DNA of 60,633 nt, filler included, from Bipalium vagum (Eukaryota): NCBI GenBank assembly GCA_037834085.1. It is 3 parts of 3 records of this genome, joined end to end, with 100 filler letters (N's around TTAATTAATTAA, not from the genome) between each part and the next. Parts side by side here need not be neighbours in the genome. Positions count along the whole stretch, not along the records: positions 1 to 15,762 come from JBBMKC010147103.1; 2 more parts are not named here. One strand, given 5' to 3'. Positions within the stretch are counted from its first letter, which is position 1; each line of letters starts with the position of its first letter. The notes beneath the pieces were generated by a model that had not been told where the DNA came from, did no database searches, and worked only from the letters and a program-made list of their open reading frames with translations. Both the position numbers and the translations under genes were made by a program. Below are positions 1 through 11,290 of the stretch, piece by piece.

Positions 1-76
<76 letters not shown>
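1..76. repeat. (TAA)n/(TTA)n microsatellite with a head-to-head strand switch
   Basis: (taa)n runs to about 43, then (tta)n to 76. Confidence 0.95.
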
Positions 77-78
<2 letters not shown>

Positions 79-1386
79 AATATTATTGCTTTCTCTCTAT
101 TAGCAAAATATTCTTATTTTATTTGGAAGGTAAGTTTGGAAGGTAAAATCTATTATTTTATTTTTAACAATTTGATTCTATAATAATCAAATATTATAAA
201 TAAATGAAAAAATAAATAATGATTTAATATAATATTTTACGTCAGAGAACATTTTTGAACAGCGAATCTTAGAGCTCCTTATTTAGGCTGTGTATAAAGT
301 TAATATCAGATTTTGAAATGTAGTCCTGTTAAAAATATATTAAGATGACATTAATTTTTGACACTATGTAATACATCTATTACATATCAATACTTTTTAC
401 AGACCTATTCTCATTAATATTACTACAATATTCTAATCACCGATAAACAGAAGTCCTAATAATTATCCTGTTCAATTTCATCTGTCTGATCCTTTAAGTT
501 CTTTCGTTTTCTTTTAAAAAGCTTTTCTCTAGACATTTGAAAACAAAGAAATCGATTTTGGCAAGATTTGTTAATCTCGTAACAAAATGGAATGATACTG
601 GTCTCCTATGACACTTTCCGTGAAATGTGCTTCTGAAAAAAAGTCTAATTTCAAGCGAATTATAAGCCGGAGCTATATCCTGTTGAAAAATTAATTTTGA
701 TTTTTCCTACAAATTATGTACTGTTTTATAACAATTTCTTTAGCATCATTTTTTACAGATGTCATAGGACGGTCTTCACAAATATGGGAAAATTAGTCAA
801 TTCTTGTGTATCTAAGTGTGATAATTATATTAACTTATTAAAACAATTAAGAACTTATACAAATTGTAACAAATTATATCTTTTTATAAAACAACATTGT
901 CCACTTTTATAAATAAAGGTTTTGTTTTTTAAAATATGAGACTGATGACATACCCTGTATAATGTTAGAAAATAGTTAGGTACATGCAATTATAAAAAAT
1001 ATTCTGATTTTGTAACTCGTTAGGTTGAGACGCATGTTTTGATAACATATAATATTTAGGTTATGTAGCAAAAAATGTTAACATAAATAATTATTTCAAA
1101 AGACAATGTTTATTCCTCAAGAAAGACTGAAACAAAGTTTGAATCAATTTAACTCTGTGACAGAGACCTCCATATCCATAGTGCACAGAAATATTTCAAT
1201 ATTAATTAAATAATACTTTATGATTCTTCAATTTTAAAAATTTCTCTTTCCTTTCTTATTAACCCACCTTCGTCTCACATTAATATTAACATTAAAGGGA
1301 AACACAAAGGATATACTGTTCTTAAATGTTAATTTATTAAATTAATTTCTTTAATAGGATATCATTAAACGAATTTATTTATACAG

Positions 1387-1569
1387 GCTTCAATCGGAAA
1401 ATTCCATTCAAACCTCGCTTCTCTATGGTGGGCGATGAAGAGGCTGGAGATCAAAGTTTAAGAATTGAAAATATATCATTATCTGATGCTGGTGAATATG
1501 AATGTCAGATCACAAGAGGAAATTATGGGAAAAAAGAACTTCGAAAAGCCACACGTCTTATAGTGTTAG
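1387..1569 (+). CDS. Internal coding exon, C-terminal half of an Ig domain of a nephrin/Kirrel(NEPH)-like IgSF adhesion protein
   Basis: Acceptor atacag|, donor |gtgaat, 183 nt, phase 1-1. Translates (G)FNRKIPFKPRFSMVGDEEAGDQSLRIENISLSDAGEYECQITRGNYGKKELRKATRLIVL. Has the Ig L-x-I..D-x-G-x-Y-x-C motif and a PR(F/Y)SMVG..G..SL.I pattern like the first Ig domain of nephrin/Sns/Kirre. Absent from the ORF track because it has no ATG. Confidence 0.88.
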
Positions 1570-4399
1570 GTGAATATTACATTTTTTATTTTTAACGAGG
1601 AAATTCGTTTTAAATTGAAAAAATTAATGTGATTTGTAATAAATTCGGAAAATTGTATAATAGTAAAACAAAAGCCACCAGGCAATTTACGAGATGAATG
1701 GATTGAAAAGTATTCGTTGACATTTCTTTTATCATTCATTTCTCCACAGAATTTGGGCCTATAATTTCCATGAAGGTATATCAAATAAATAATATAAAAT
1801 CATTCTTGTTTTTATGTTTTTTGAAAATTATTAGGTCAATGCATAATTACTGTTGAATTGGTTAACTTTATTGAATATAAATTTTTAAAGAAATCAATAA
1901 ATGTGTAATTTTTCAATTTTTGGTTCAATATTTAAAAACTTGGTCGTTTGGAAATGAAGAGATTAATTCATAGATTAATACTTTTTATTATAATATTATC
2001 GTCTATATAGCAATAATCTTTTATTTTTCAAATAATTGATTTTTAACAAACATTTTTGAACAAACAAAATTTTAATGTCTTGATACATGTTTTAATCTAT
2101 TCATTTAGATCTTCTTCAGAAAACTTTTAATATTCTCAATTATCTTCAAATGATTTTTATAATTTTACTATAAATAATTATTATTGGATAATAGTAAAAG
2201 TTTTTTTAAAATATCAATATTTAATAATTTATATATAAGTAGGAAAATTAATTTATTAAAAAATGTTCCAAAAATCTTTTTTTTTAAAAATTATAACTTT
2301 TCTAAATATTAACAAAGAAAAACATTAATCACCCATTGATTTTTGCTTTCTCCACTTTGTGTGTATATTTCTTGTTTCAATATTTTGATTAAATATCATG
2401 CACAGGTGTTTCTTTCCTCTTCATTATTAAATTAGTTCATTACAAAATAATTCATTTTCATTGGTATATTTTATCCTATCTTTCTTTACAGTCAGCAGTG
2501 TGATCAAACTTTTTTCTTGTCCTACATTTATGAGAATGCTCGCTAATTTGAATTTTGAGGTTACGTTGTCTATTGTGTATAGATAACTACATCCACGACA
2601 TTGAAACTTATACATAATATATTAGCTTGCATTGGTTTTCAAGTCACCATTTTAATTTTCAAATATAAATACACATGGTTTATAAATATTTATACTACAT
2701 CATATTTATTCTACTTAAGCTGAAAATTCTACTCATGTATTAAACCAATATTAATGTTATTATAAAATTAATATATGAATTTATTTTCCTGTATGGAAAA
2801 ACCGAAAGTCCATTATCAGCACATGTTTATGTTAATGTATCATAAATTAATAAAACCAAAGTTTTTATAATTATAATTTTGCTTTTTTCAAAAGTTTTCA
2901 GAGTTATATATAGCTCCCATTTCTAATTGAAATGCACTACTGTACACTAACGTTAATAGCCTTTCGGTCAAATATCTATAATATTACTATCCTTAGATTT
3001 CGGAGAAATTAAGGATTCGCCTTAGGAGAATACTACGGAAATATTCAATAAGTAATCACGTTAATATACAACTAGTTCTTTAAGTAACAATGAAAAAGTG
3101 TATGATTTTTATGAATTTTAAATTTTTGTTTTATATAAAATAAAATATCTAAAATAGGTGAAATTAACAAAAGAAAAATTCACTGATAACCCATCATGTC
3201 ATGAAATGTTACATAAAGGACAATAAGAAAATGAAAAGTAATTTTTGTAATTCCATTTTGCTTTATTTAATTTAACACAAAAAGTACCTTATATAAGGAA
3301 ATCGTAGTAAAGACAATATATGATTCCATGGGATTGCATTCAAATTGATTTTATTAATAATAGTATCATTTATTAATATACTTTTATTAATATTATCATT
3401 TCTGTTATGAAAAAAGCAATCAACCAGTGAAGATAATATCGTAATTCCAAAAACGGAGTATAATAGTACAAAATCCAAAGAAAAATTAGATGTTATACAA
3501 TTGATAGAATTGTTAATTTTTACATGTGTCTTGGAGCATATTAATCAGATAGCTTATTCACAACCAAATTTTTCATTGCAATATTTGAAACAAAAAATCA
3601 TTGATGTATTTACTAATAGGACAATCGAATTTTGTAAAAAGCTTGTTTGTCAGTTTGTAGTAGACTATGTCGTTGCTAAAGAGCTAAAGGAAAACATTTT
3701 GATAATAAATTAATGTTGTGAATGTCTTTGTTTTCATACAAAAAGTTAAATCAAGGAGTTCTCATGTCATTCATTCATAATGTTGTAAAGATATTTGGAA
3801 ATGGTAAGTGAAACTTGAAACATTTTGATGTTTGAATAAACCCTTTGGAACTTTATAAATAAAAGCAAGTCGAAGAAAAAAAGGTGATTGAAATCGTTAG
3901 ATGGCTTTATGCTGTTTTCTCATTTTTAGAATTTTTTTTCTCCATTTAAAATTTGACCTTGATATTATTTCCATAATGATAATATAGATAAGCGAAGATG
4001 AACTCAATAGTTGCGAAATAATTGTAGAGGAAAATAGAAGGTGATTTCATTCACATACGGGCATGTATTTGATAACTGAAATTATATTTCTAATTATAAA
4101 GAATTAAATAATAGAAATAGCAAGTTACTTTAGGCTTATCCAGAAAACGGAATAATATTTCTTTGATGTATAATCCCCACGTTTCAAAGACGGGACATGT
4201 CGATTTATTCGACAATGATCCTCTCCTGACTACTTGAGAAACTTTTGATTATAGATTAATGCTTCTGTGTTGCTTGAGTCCATGATATTAATAAATATGT
4301 AAAAATATAAATTAGCATTTGAAATACTAAAATTATTAATAAGTTTTTAAGAGATATCGACGAAACAGATGTTTCGCAGAACTATCCAGGTTTTGTCAC

Positions 4400-4700
4400 A
4401 TACCTACCAAATACAGTCTAAAAATTAATTCGAATTTTGATCTGTATACATTATCTTTGATACCATAACTTCCAAACTAAATTTTCTCTCGCTTGTGTTT
4501 GAATACCTTTCATATTGTATCTGTATATTTTCAAATTTTAATTTTGTTATTAACACAAGTTTATGACCAGAATTTTTGAAATACTTAACTTTTTCGTGGT
4601 TATGTTCCATTTGATAACACTGTATATCTGTTTTCTACGTATTCCATCTTCTATGAAATGACTTACAATCGATTTACGGTTTTTATTTGATTGTTGGAAA
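4400..4700 (-). mobile_element. Degenerate Tc1-like transposase N-terminal fragment
   Basis: Minus frame reads IVSHFIEDGIRRKQIYSVIKW, resembling the HTH start of invertebrate ITm transposases. It is frameshifted. Confidence 0.4.
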
Positions 4701-5049
4701 AAATTAATTATTCGTTATTCATCTGTTTATTTCTTCGTCTACATATGTTAAAAAATATATATTGTTACTTGAATAAGTTTAATAATTCAAAATGAATTAA
4801 AAATACTAAGAAAATAAAATTTTAAATTGTCACCATTTATTAGTTAAACAGTCCGATTAAACATGAAGCATCCTTTTTTAATTTCTAATAAATTATAATA
4901 TTAATTTAAACACGGAGTATTATACCTTGGAAGATGTTTTAAGTTATAGTTGCTAATGGAAATTTATATGAAATAAATAATTTCTTTAGATTCTTAAATT
5001 TATGTTCATTGCTAAAAATTTAATTATTATTGTTAGTTGAAAATTATTC

Positions 5050-5107
5050 TGAGATACTGGGATTCAAACATACGCATGGACTGATCTGATTGCTGAGCTT
5101 CATCCCC
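5050..5107 (-). pseudogene. tRNA-Ala-derived sequence, internally deleted copy in the 3' LTR
   Basis: Minus reads GGGGATGAAGCTCAGCAATCAGATCAG...GTTTGAATCCCAGTATCTCA. The anticodon region is shortened by about 14 nt relative to the other copy. Confidence 0.7.
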
Positions 5108-5247
5108 CGAATAATCTTCAATTTATCTCAAACCCCATCCTTAAAAGCTCAAATCCATCATATCCTTAATTACTCAGAATTTCTTACTTCAATTTCTTTT
5201 CTATTCCTTTACTTTTTTCACTTTCGGGACCTTGTGCGCTGGTTAGT

Positions 5248-5265
5248 GTCCTGGTGTGGTCGCCA
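5248..5265 (-). promoter_or_regulatory. Primer-binding site (probably tRNA-Arg)
   Basis: TGGCGACCACACCAGGAC is complementary to a tRNA 3' end ...GTCCTGGTGTGGTCG-CCA. GTGGTCG-type ends occur in eukaryotic tRNA-Arg. Confidence 0.75.
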
Positions 5266-5284
5266 TGTTAGTTGAAAATTATTC

Positions 5285-5356
5285 GGAGATACTGGGATTC
5301 AAACCTAGGACCTCTCACATGTGCAAGGATTGCTCTGACTACTGATCTACATCCCC
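5285..5356 (-). pseudogene. tRNA-Ala-derived sequence (72 nt) in the 5' LTR
   Basis: Minus reads GGGGATGTAGATCAGTAGTCAGAGCAATCCTTGCACATGTGAGAGGTCCTAGGTTTGAATCCCAGTATCTCC. The acceptor stem keeps the G3:U70 alanine identity pair and A/B-box-like motifs are present. The anticodon arm no longer pairs. Confidence 0.8.
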
Positions 5357-5479
5357 CGACTAACTTTTAATTTATCTCACAATCATAGTTAATGTTAGGA
5401 ATATTATTTTATTAGTTTACTGATCCTGGTTAAAATAAACCATTATTTATTCGTTTTGAATTGGAGTCGTTTTAAAAAA

Positions 5480-5900
5480 TACTGCAGAAGATGAGAAATC
5501 AATGTTGTACAAAAGTCTTAAAGATAACATCAAAAGATAACTAAATTTCATCATTAATATATACACCATGATAGAGGTTACATTCAAAGAAGACATTGAT
5601 ATATTTCGTGGAGCTTCATTTGGAATAGGTCATATGAAAATGTTAAAGATATACAAAACTATTTACTGCAACGTAGTGGTTTTCAAAGTTAAGAGTAGCA
5701 ATAAAAAAGACATCATCATAACACGAAACCTCATAAGTCAACGGCAATTATGGAAAAGGTGGAATGAATCTAAATGTTAACTTCTGACATGCCCTCCATA
5801 TTCTACCGATTGCGCGCCATCTGAATATTATTTATTAATTAAGTGACATTTGTAATTGGTAATAAAATATATTTCCATGCCTTATATTTTTCGGAACTTC
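5480..5900 (+). mobile_element. Highly degraded mariner relic
   Basis: About 5781-5834 reads LLTCPPYSTDCAPSEYYL, a degenerate mariner YSPDLAPSDY motif. Confidence 0.6.
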
Positions 5901-7224
5901 TCAGATAATACATTAAACAATATATATAGTTCTCTTATATGACCTATTGTAATGTAGTTGTCAAATAATATTTTTCTAATATTTTTGATTATCATAAATG
6001 TGCATTTATCATTCCACTACGACTATTGACTGCAAAGTTACAGTGTTTTAAGGTTTGCAACTGTAATAGTTTTATTATGTCGAAGTAGGAATTCGTCGAA
6101 TAAATATTCGAATTTCTTCAATATTTATATTTACTAAATTTTTCACTGTTAATAAATAAAAGGATTGAAAATATATTTATATCAATATTAATCACTTAGA
6201 GATCACACAGAAGAAACAATGTTCAATTAATAATTTTTTGTAAATATTTTATTTTGATATTTAGTCACTTTATTTAATTTTTAAAAGTTAATTTAATTTG
6301 ATTCGACATTAATGATAATGTTGAGATGAAATAGAGAAAAGAATAGTCCGTGAACTAGTAAGATCAAAAATCTAAAATCAATAAAGTGAATTTAATAAAA
6401 CAAAATATTTGTTTATCAACCCCTTCATTTCATTACAGAAATCGGTGATTTTAATAATTCAAAATTAAATAAATTTAACATTACACATTGAATCAATTAT
6501 TGAAGAAAATTTTTAAAAGATTTCCAATTTCCTCCATCATTTGATTTTTTTCTTCATTAATTGAAATTAAGAAAAATTAATAGAAATCTTTTTTATTAGG
6601 GAAAGCAAATTCATATCATGTAATTTTTTAATCAGATTAAAAGAAAAATATATATCGCTTATATAATTTAAAATTATTTCTTTTTAGAGGAATAAATAAA
6701 AATTTCTTTTAATTTCCAGCGTTCATGAGACAATTAATGACAATGAAATATAATACCCTTCATAATTGATATTATTAAAATTATTAATCAGTTATTTAAT
6801 TAAATTATTTTTTCAAAATATAAATTGCTGTATATATTAAATAAAATAAGAAGATAATGTAACAGAATCAATCTTTCCATTTTCCTATTGATAAAAAAAG
6901 CTTAATAAAAAATTATATAAAATTTGAAGAAATTTCCTAAATTATTAAGATGCTTTGATTAAAGTAACACTTCAAAGGAAACTGATATAGTTACTATGAA
7001 AGATTAAAATTGTTGCCTATTGTGTTGCAGTTAATTCTCGGAGTCCATCTTTTCAAAATAGAAAGAAGAGATTGAATTATATTACACTTATTTTTAATTT
7101 CTCCTTAATATTAATATGAAAATTAAGCATTATTATTGAATAATATTATGGGGTTTTTTGAAGGGAAAATATTAAAATGACTTATTAACAGAGATTTTTT
7201 GAAAATAGCATGCAATTTACTTAA

Positions 7225-7825
7225 TATTGAGTTGGCAAGAAAGTTCGTATGCTTTTTAATGAAAAGATAAATTCAAAATATTTTATTGACAAAAAAAATT
7301 TTAATCAATTATTCGTTCACCATTATTATTAATGATTTTGCTCCATCTTCCCGTCAAATTCATGATGCCATTCTGAAGACCACTTAAGGTTTATTGGCAA
7401 GAAAGTGCCAATGCGTCTTCTGACAGATTTATTTTCATTGACTGTTTTCCCGTTCAAGGAATTCTGCACCGACCGAAACAAATGATAATCGTAGGAGCCA
7501 GGTCCGATGATTGTGGAGGATAAGGCAATACATCTCACCCATGAGACAATAATTTATTCAGAGTGACCAAAGATATTTGAGATCTGACATTGTTGTGATG
7601 GTAGACAACACCCTTAACATTTGCCAATCTTGGACGCTTTTCGTGTATTGCATTGTTCACAATTGGGAGCAGTATACATCTGAATTAATTGTTTGGCAAT
7701 AAATAAATTACACCTTTAAAATTCCACCAAACAGAAGGAATCATTTTCTTGGGGTGCATTCCTGCCTTCAGGTACGATTTTGATGGCTCACCAAGACGAC
7801 CTAAAGACGTTTTGAAGATCACGCT
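7225..7825 (-). mobile_element. Mariner (DD34D) relic, 3' half
   Basis: TIR-like tattgagttggcaagaaagttcg at 7225. Minus ORF contains YDYHLFRSVQNSLNGKT. Confidence 0.75.
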
Positions 7826-7997
7826 GTAATATTATAAATAACATATTAGAAAAATGTAGAATAGTAATTAATAATAATATAAATTGGAACTTTAAACTTC
7901 TAAGAATATATTAGAACCTTCCACTTTCTTAATAAAAAAACACTTTCCTATGGAAAACGAATTACCTGTACATCTATTAAGATATTTTCCATCGATA

Positions 7998-9086
7998 CAG
8001 GGCGACTATAAAATACTGAAATTTTGTTTAAATAATCATGTTAATGCGGATTTTTAAAATATCATTTTGTAAAACTACCTAGGTCAGTCAAAAATTTCTG
8101 GAATGACATACAAACAGCGTATATTTATTATAATAATTAACATCATAATTGTTTTTCAAAGTATTCACTGTCACATTCTATACATCTTTGAACTCTGTCA
8201 AACCAGTCTTTGAAACATTGATTCCAATCCAAATTCGGTATGTCCAAAACATTTGATTTGAATGCTTTATATCCTGTTCGGGACATGAAAACCGATATCT
8301 ACGCAATTTTTTTATGGAACCAAATTTTATGGATAAAATGAAACAAGTACGACTCAAAAAATACAAAGTATTTTTGCAAAAAACTTATGTCAGTTGAAAA
8401 TGTATTTTCCATTGCACAAAGTTACACTCGGCAGAATGATAGATATTGATCAAAAACATGTCCCGACGAGGATAACATTATTCACAGAAGTGAAAAATCA
8501 AAATATGTTATGGTTTGGGCTCGATTTACGACAGATGAGAAATTACCATTGATGTTAAAGATATGGTTAATCAGGAATTTTATATAAGTGAAATAATTGA
8601 AGATTTAATCCTTTCATGGACTCACAAAAATTATCTTAATAGTTATTGAGTATTTCAGTAAGACTCTGCACCCGCTTATAGAACAAAATTGACGCAACAG
8701 TGGATTCGTGACCAATTTCTTGATTTGTTCAAACTTCACTGAATGGCCTCTATATTCACCAGAATTAAATCCCAAGGACTATTTTGTTTGTGGATATTTG
8801 GAGAGCATGGGTTGTTCAGTGGTACACCAAAAATTTAACACCTTACGCGCTGCCATAACAAAGTCTTGGGATGAAATATCTTCAGAAATGCTCTCAACAA
8901 CAGCTGAAAGTTTTATTAGTGTTTATACCTCTGTATTAATGTTCATGGTTGACATTTTAAAATTTATTGGCTTTAGTTAGTAAATAAATGTCTTATTTAA
9001 TGATGCATATAATTTGAACTAACTTTTTTTATAATCATGCAACTTATATAGATTTTTAACTTTCTCCGTATCTTATTATCACCCTG
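7998..9086 (+). mobile_element. maT/DD37D-like DNA transposon, defective, with both TIRs
   Basis: TA|CAGGGCGACTATAAAATAC ... GTATCTTATTATCACCCTG|TA. Internal motifs are QNDRY*, VMVWA, FQ*DSAPAY and EWPLYSPELNPKDYFVCGYLES. Confidence 0.85.
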
Positions 9087-11169
9087 TAGTGCCATTTGTT
9101 GGAATCCTTGACAGAAATCCGAGTTTTCTTTCGAAGAGGTCCATCCATTGAGAATTTCTTTATTTCATAATTGTTGAAGTAATGTGCCATTGATCGAAAC
9201 AAATGTTAGTCACTCAGACTAACGGGTAGGTAAAACATCTGAAACAAGATTTTCCAAAATGACCTTTCAAAATCTTTGTAACTTGTGATCGATGTTATGA
9301 TGATACAAGATGACATTTTTGTGTCTCTTTTTTGAAAAATTATGTAAAGATTTTTAGCAATAAGATGTATTTCAAAATCCTTTGTTAAAATACTCTTGAA
9401 AAAACACTTTGGGCTACATTACATTCTTGAAAAGCATCACCTGTAGAGACAAGATATTCGAATATATTATTCAATCATTTTCAGAATGAAAACTGAAAGA
9501 CGAGACGAAACCGAAAACTCTTTTTTACTATTTAATTAAACGTTGTGCCACTAAAAATCGAATTATTTTCACTTTACAATTTTCATTAAGAAAAGTATTA
9601 AACTATTAATTTGTTTAAAATGTAAGCAATTTTAAAAAAAAATATTATTATATCAAAATGTAAATATAAACAAATCTGATCCTTAAATAATATTTGGTTG
9701 TCGTTTATTAATTATTAAAATATTTTTGAAAGAACACAACATTGTTTATCCTTATTATTTATCAAGATGGAATAACTGTTGAATTTAATTAAAAATAAAT
9801 TAATAAATAAAATTGCTAAAGAAAAAAAAACAATTTACATATAATACTCGAAATACTTTTTAAATGTTCCTGACATTTATATTATAAATAATTCGTATTA
9901 AGTTAAAAAAATGCTTGCAGAGAAAATTATTTAAAAACTATATTTGATAATAGTAATAATAGTAATAATTAGTAACTTTTATTAAAATTTAATAAATGGA
10001 AATAAAAATAAAATTGAAAATTACAAACCTTTAATTTTAATACTAATTTTTCATAAATTCTGAAAACTTATCACGCTAAGAAAATAACGATTTTTTTTTC
10101 AATCTCAAAATAATTAAATTAAAATATTTATATGTTATCAATTCCATTTTGGAATAATTATAATTAGCCATTATAGAAAATCAAATAAAAAAATAAAGCC
10201 ACATCAAATGATTTATATTTTTCAGTCAATTTTTATTTATTTTTAATTAAAAAATCGTGATCATTATTACTCATTTTTAATAATTATTTCTGGCTCCGCC
10301 ATTTGTACATCTGATTTTGGAATATAAATAATAAATCACTCAAATTTTCTATGAAATTGTTCAAAAAAATTTGTGAAAATAAAATAATGTCTGACATAAT
10401 ATAACAAATTAGTGGATATATTATAATTATCGATAATAATAATAATAATTTTAAAAAAGTAATAATAATAATAATTATTATTATTATTATTATTTCTTAA
10501 ATATTTCGTATAAAATAAAAATATTTAGTTAATCATTTTTTAAATCTGCATAAGTATTTAACTAAATTATAAGCTTTTAATTTGTTAATATTATATTATT
10601 TGGAATTATGAATCTATTACTTTTTAATAAAAGTTCATCGTTTATTTTAATTTTGTGTAAAAAAACATTTACATTGTTAGATAATGAGAATACCAAAAGG
10701 ATATCTTTACCTAAGCTATAATCAGGTAGCATGTGAATCCAATTAAAACACATTGATTTGCGGTTTAAAATATATTTATAATAACAAGCAAATTTTCAAA
10801 ATCTATAAGTTATTGTTTTAACTTGAAACTCTATCTCTTTTTTAAAATCTTAGTAAGTGTTAGAATGTAAAGTCTAGAGGAATACTTAGTTAAGACTATT
10901 CTCCACCTTAGTATTATAGACAATACTGATTTGGAATATTAAAATAAGAGAAAATATTACGAAATAAATCGATCCTTGAATATGAAAAAAAGTTTCTCTC
11001 AAGGTTCCCAGTTTTCAGATTAATATTATATAATTTACCTAAACCCAAACTCCTAAATAAACTTTCAGCTTATGATGGGTAGTTATTAATTAATTTATTT
11101 TTAAAACAATAAGAAGAGTAAGTCACCCATAAATGACAACTATCGCTTGTGTAGATTTAAGACCTATAA

Positions 11170-11290
11170 AACAGACTTCCTTTTTCCATCGCCGGATGTG
11201 TGATTCGTTTGTTTCAAACCTCTTAGCTGCCGCAGAATTGCCAAACTTTTCGACATGGTTACCAGCATATATTTTTGGTGACTAATTAAA
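11170..11290 (-). mobile_element. pogo/Tc2-like transposase N-terminal (Brinker-type DBD) fragment
   Basis: Minus frame reads NHVEKFGNSAAAKRFETNESHIRRWKKE. Confidence 0.6.

Larger units (their letters stand above)
5031..5381 (-). mobile_element. TRIM (miniature non-autonomous LTR retrotransposon) with tRNA-Ala-derived LTRs
   Basis: Direct repeats at 5266-5381 (5' LTR, TGTGAG...CTAACA on minus) and 5031-5132 (3' LTR). PBS TGGCGACCACACCAGGAC lies directly after the 5' LTR. PPT AAGGATGGGG lies directly before the 3' LTR. Flanks attat/atcat form a 5-bp TSD with 1 mismatch. The internal region is 133 bp and non-coding. Confidence 0.85.

Noticed and set aside
754-959. Possible Tc1-type MITE (tacagatgtcat ... 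atgacataccctgta)
   Set aside because: The inverted match is too short and gapped to support.
5285-5356. Functional tRNA-Ala gene or simple SINE
   Set aside because: The anticodon arm is unpaired, the discriminator is not A, and there is no tail. The sequence sits inside TG...CA direct repeats with a PBS and PPT.
7825-7972. Possible solo LTR (TGTAAT...TACA)
   Set aside because: No TSD, PBS or PPT is visible.
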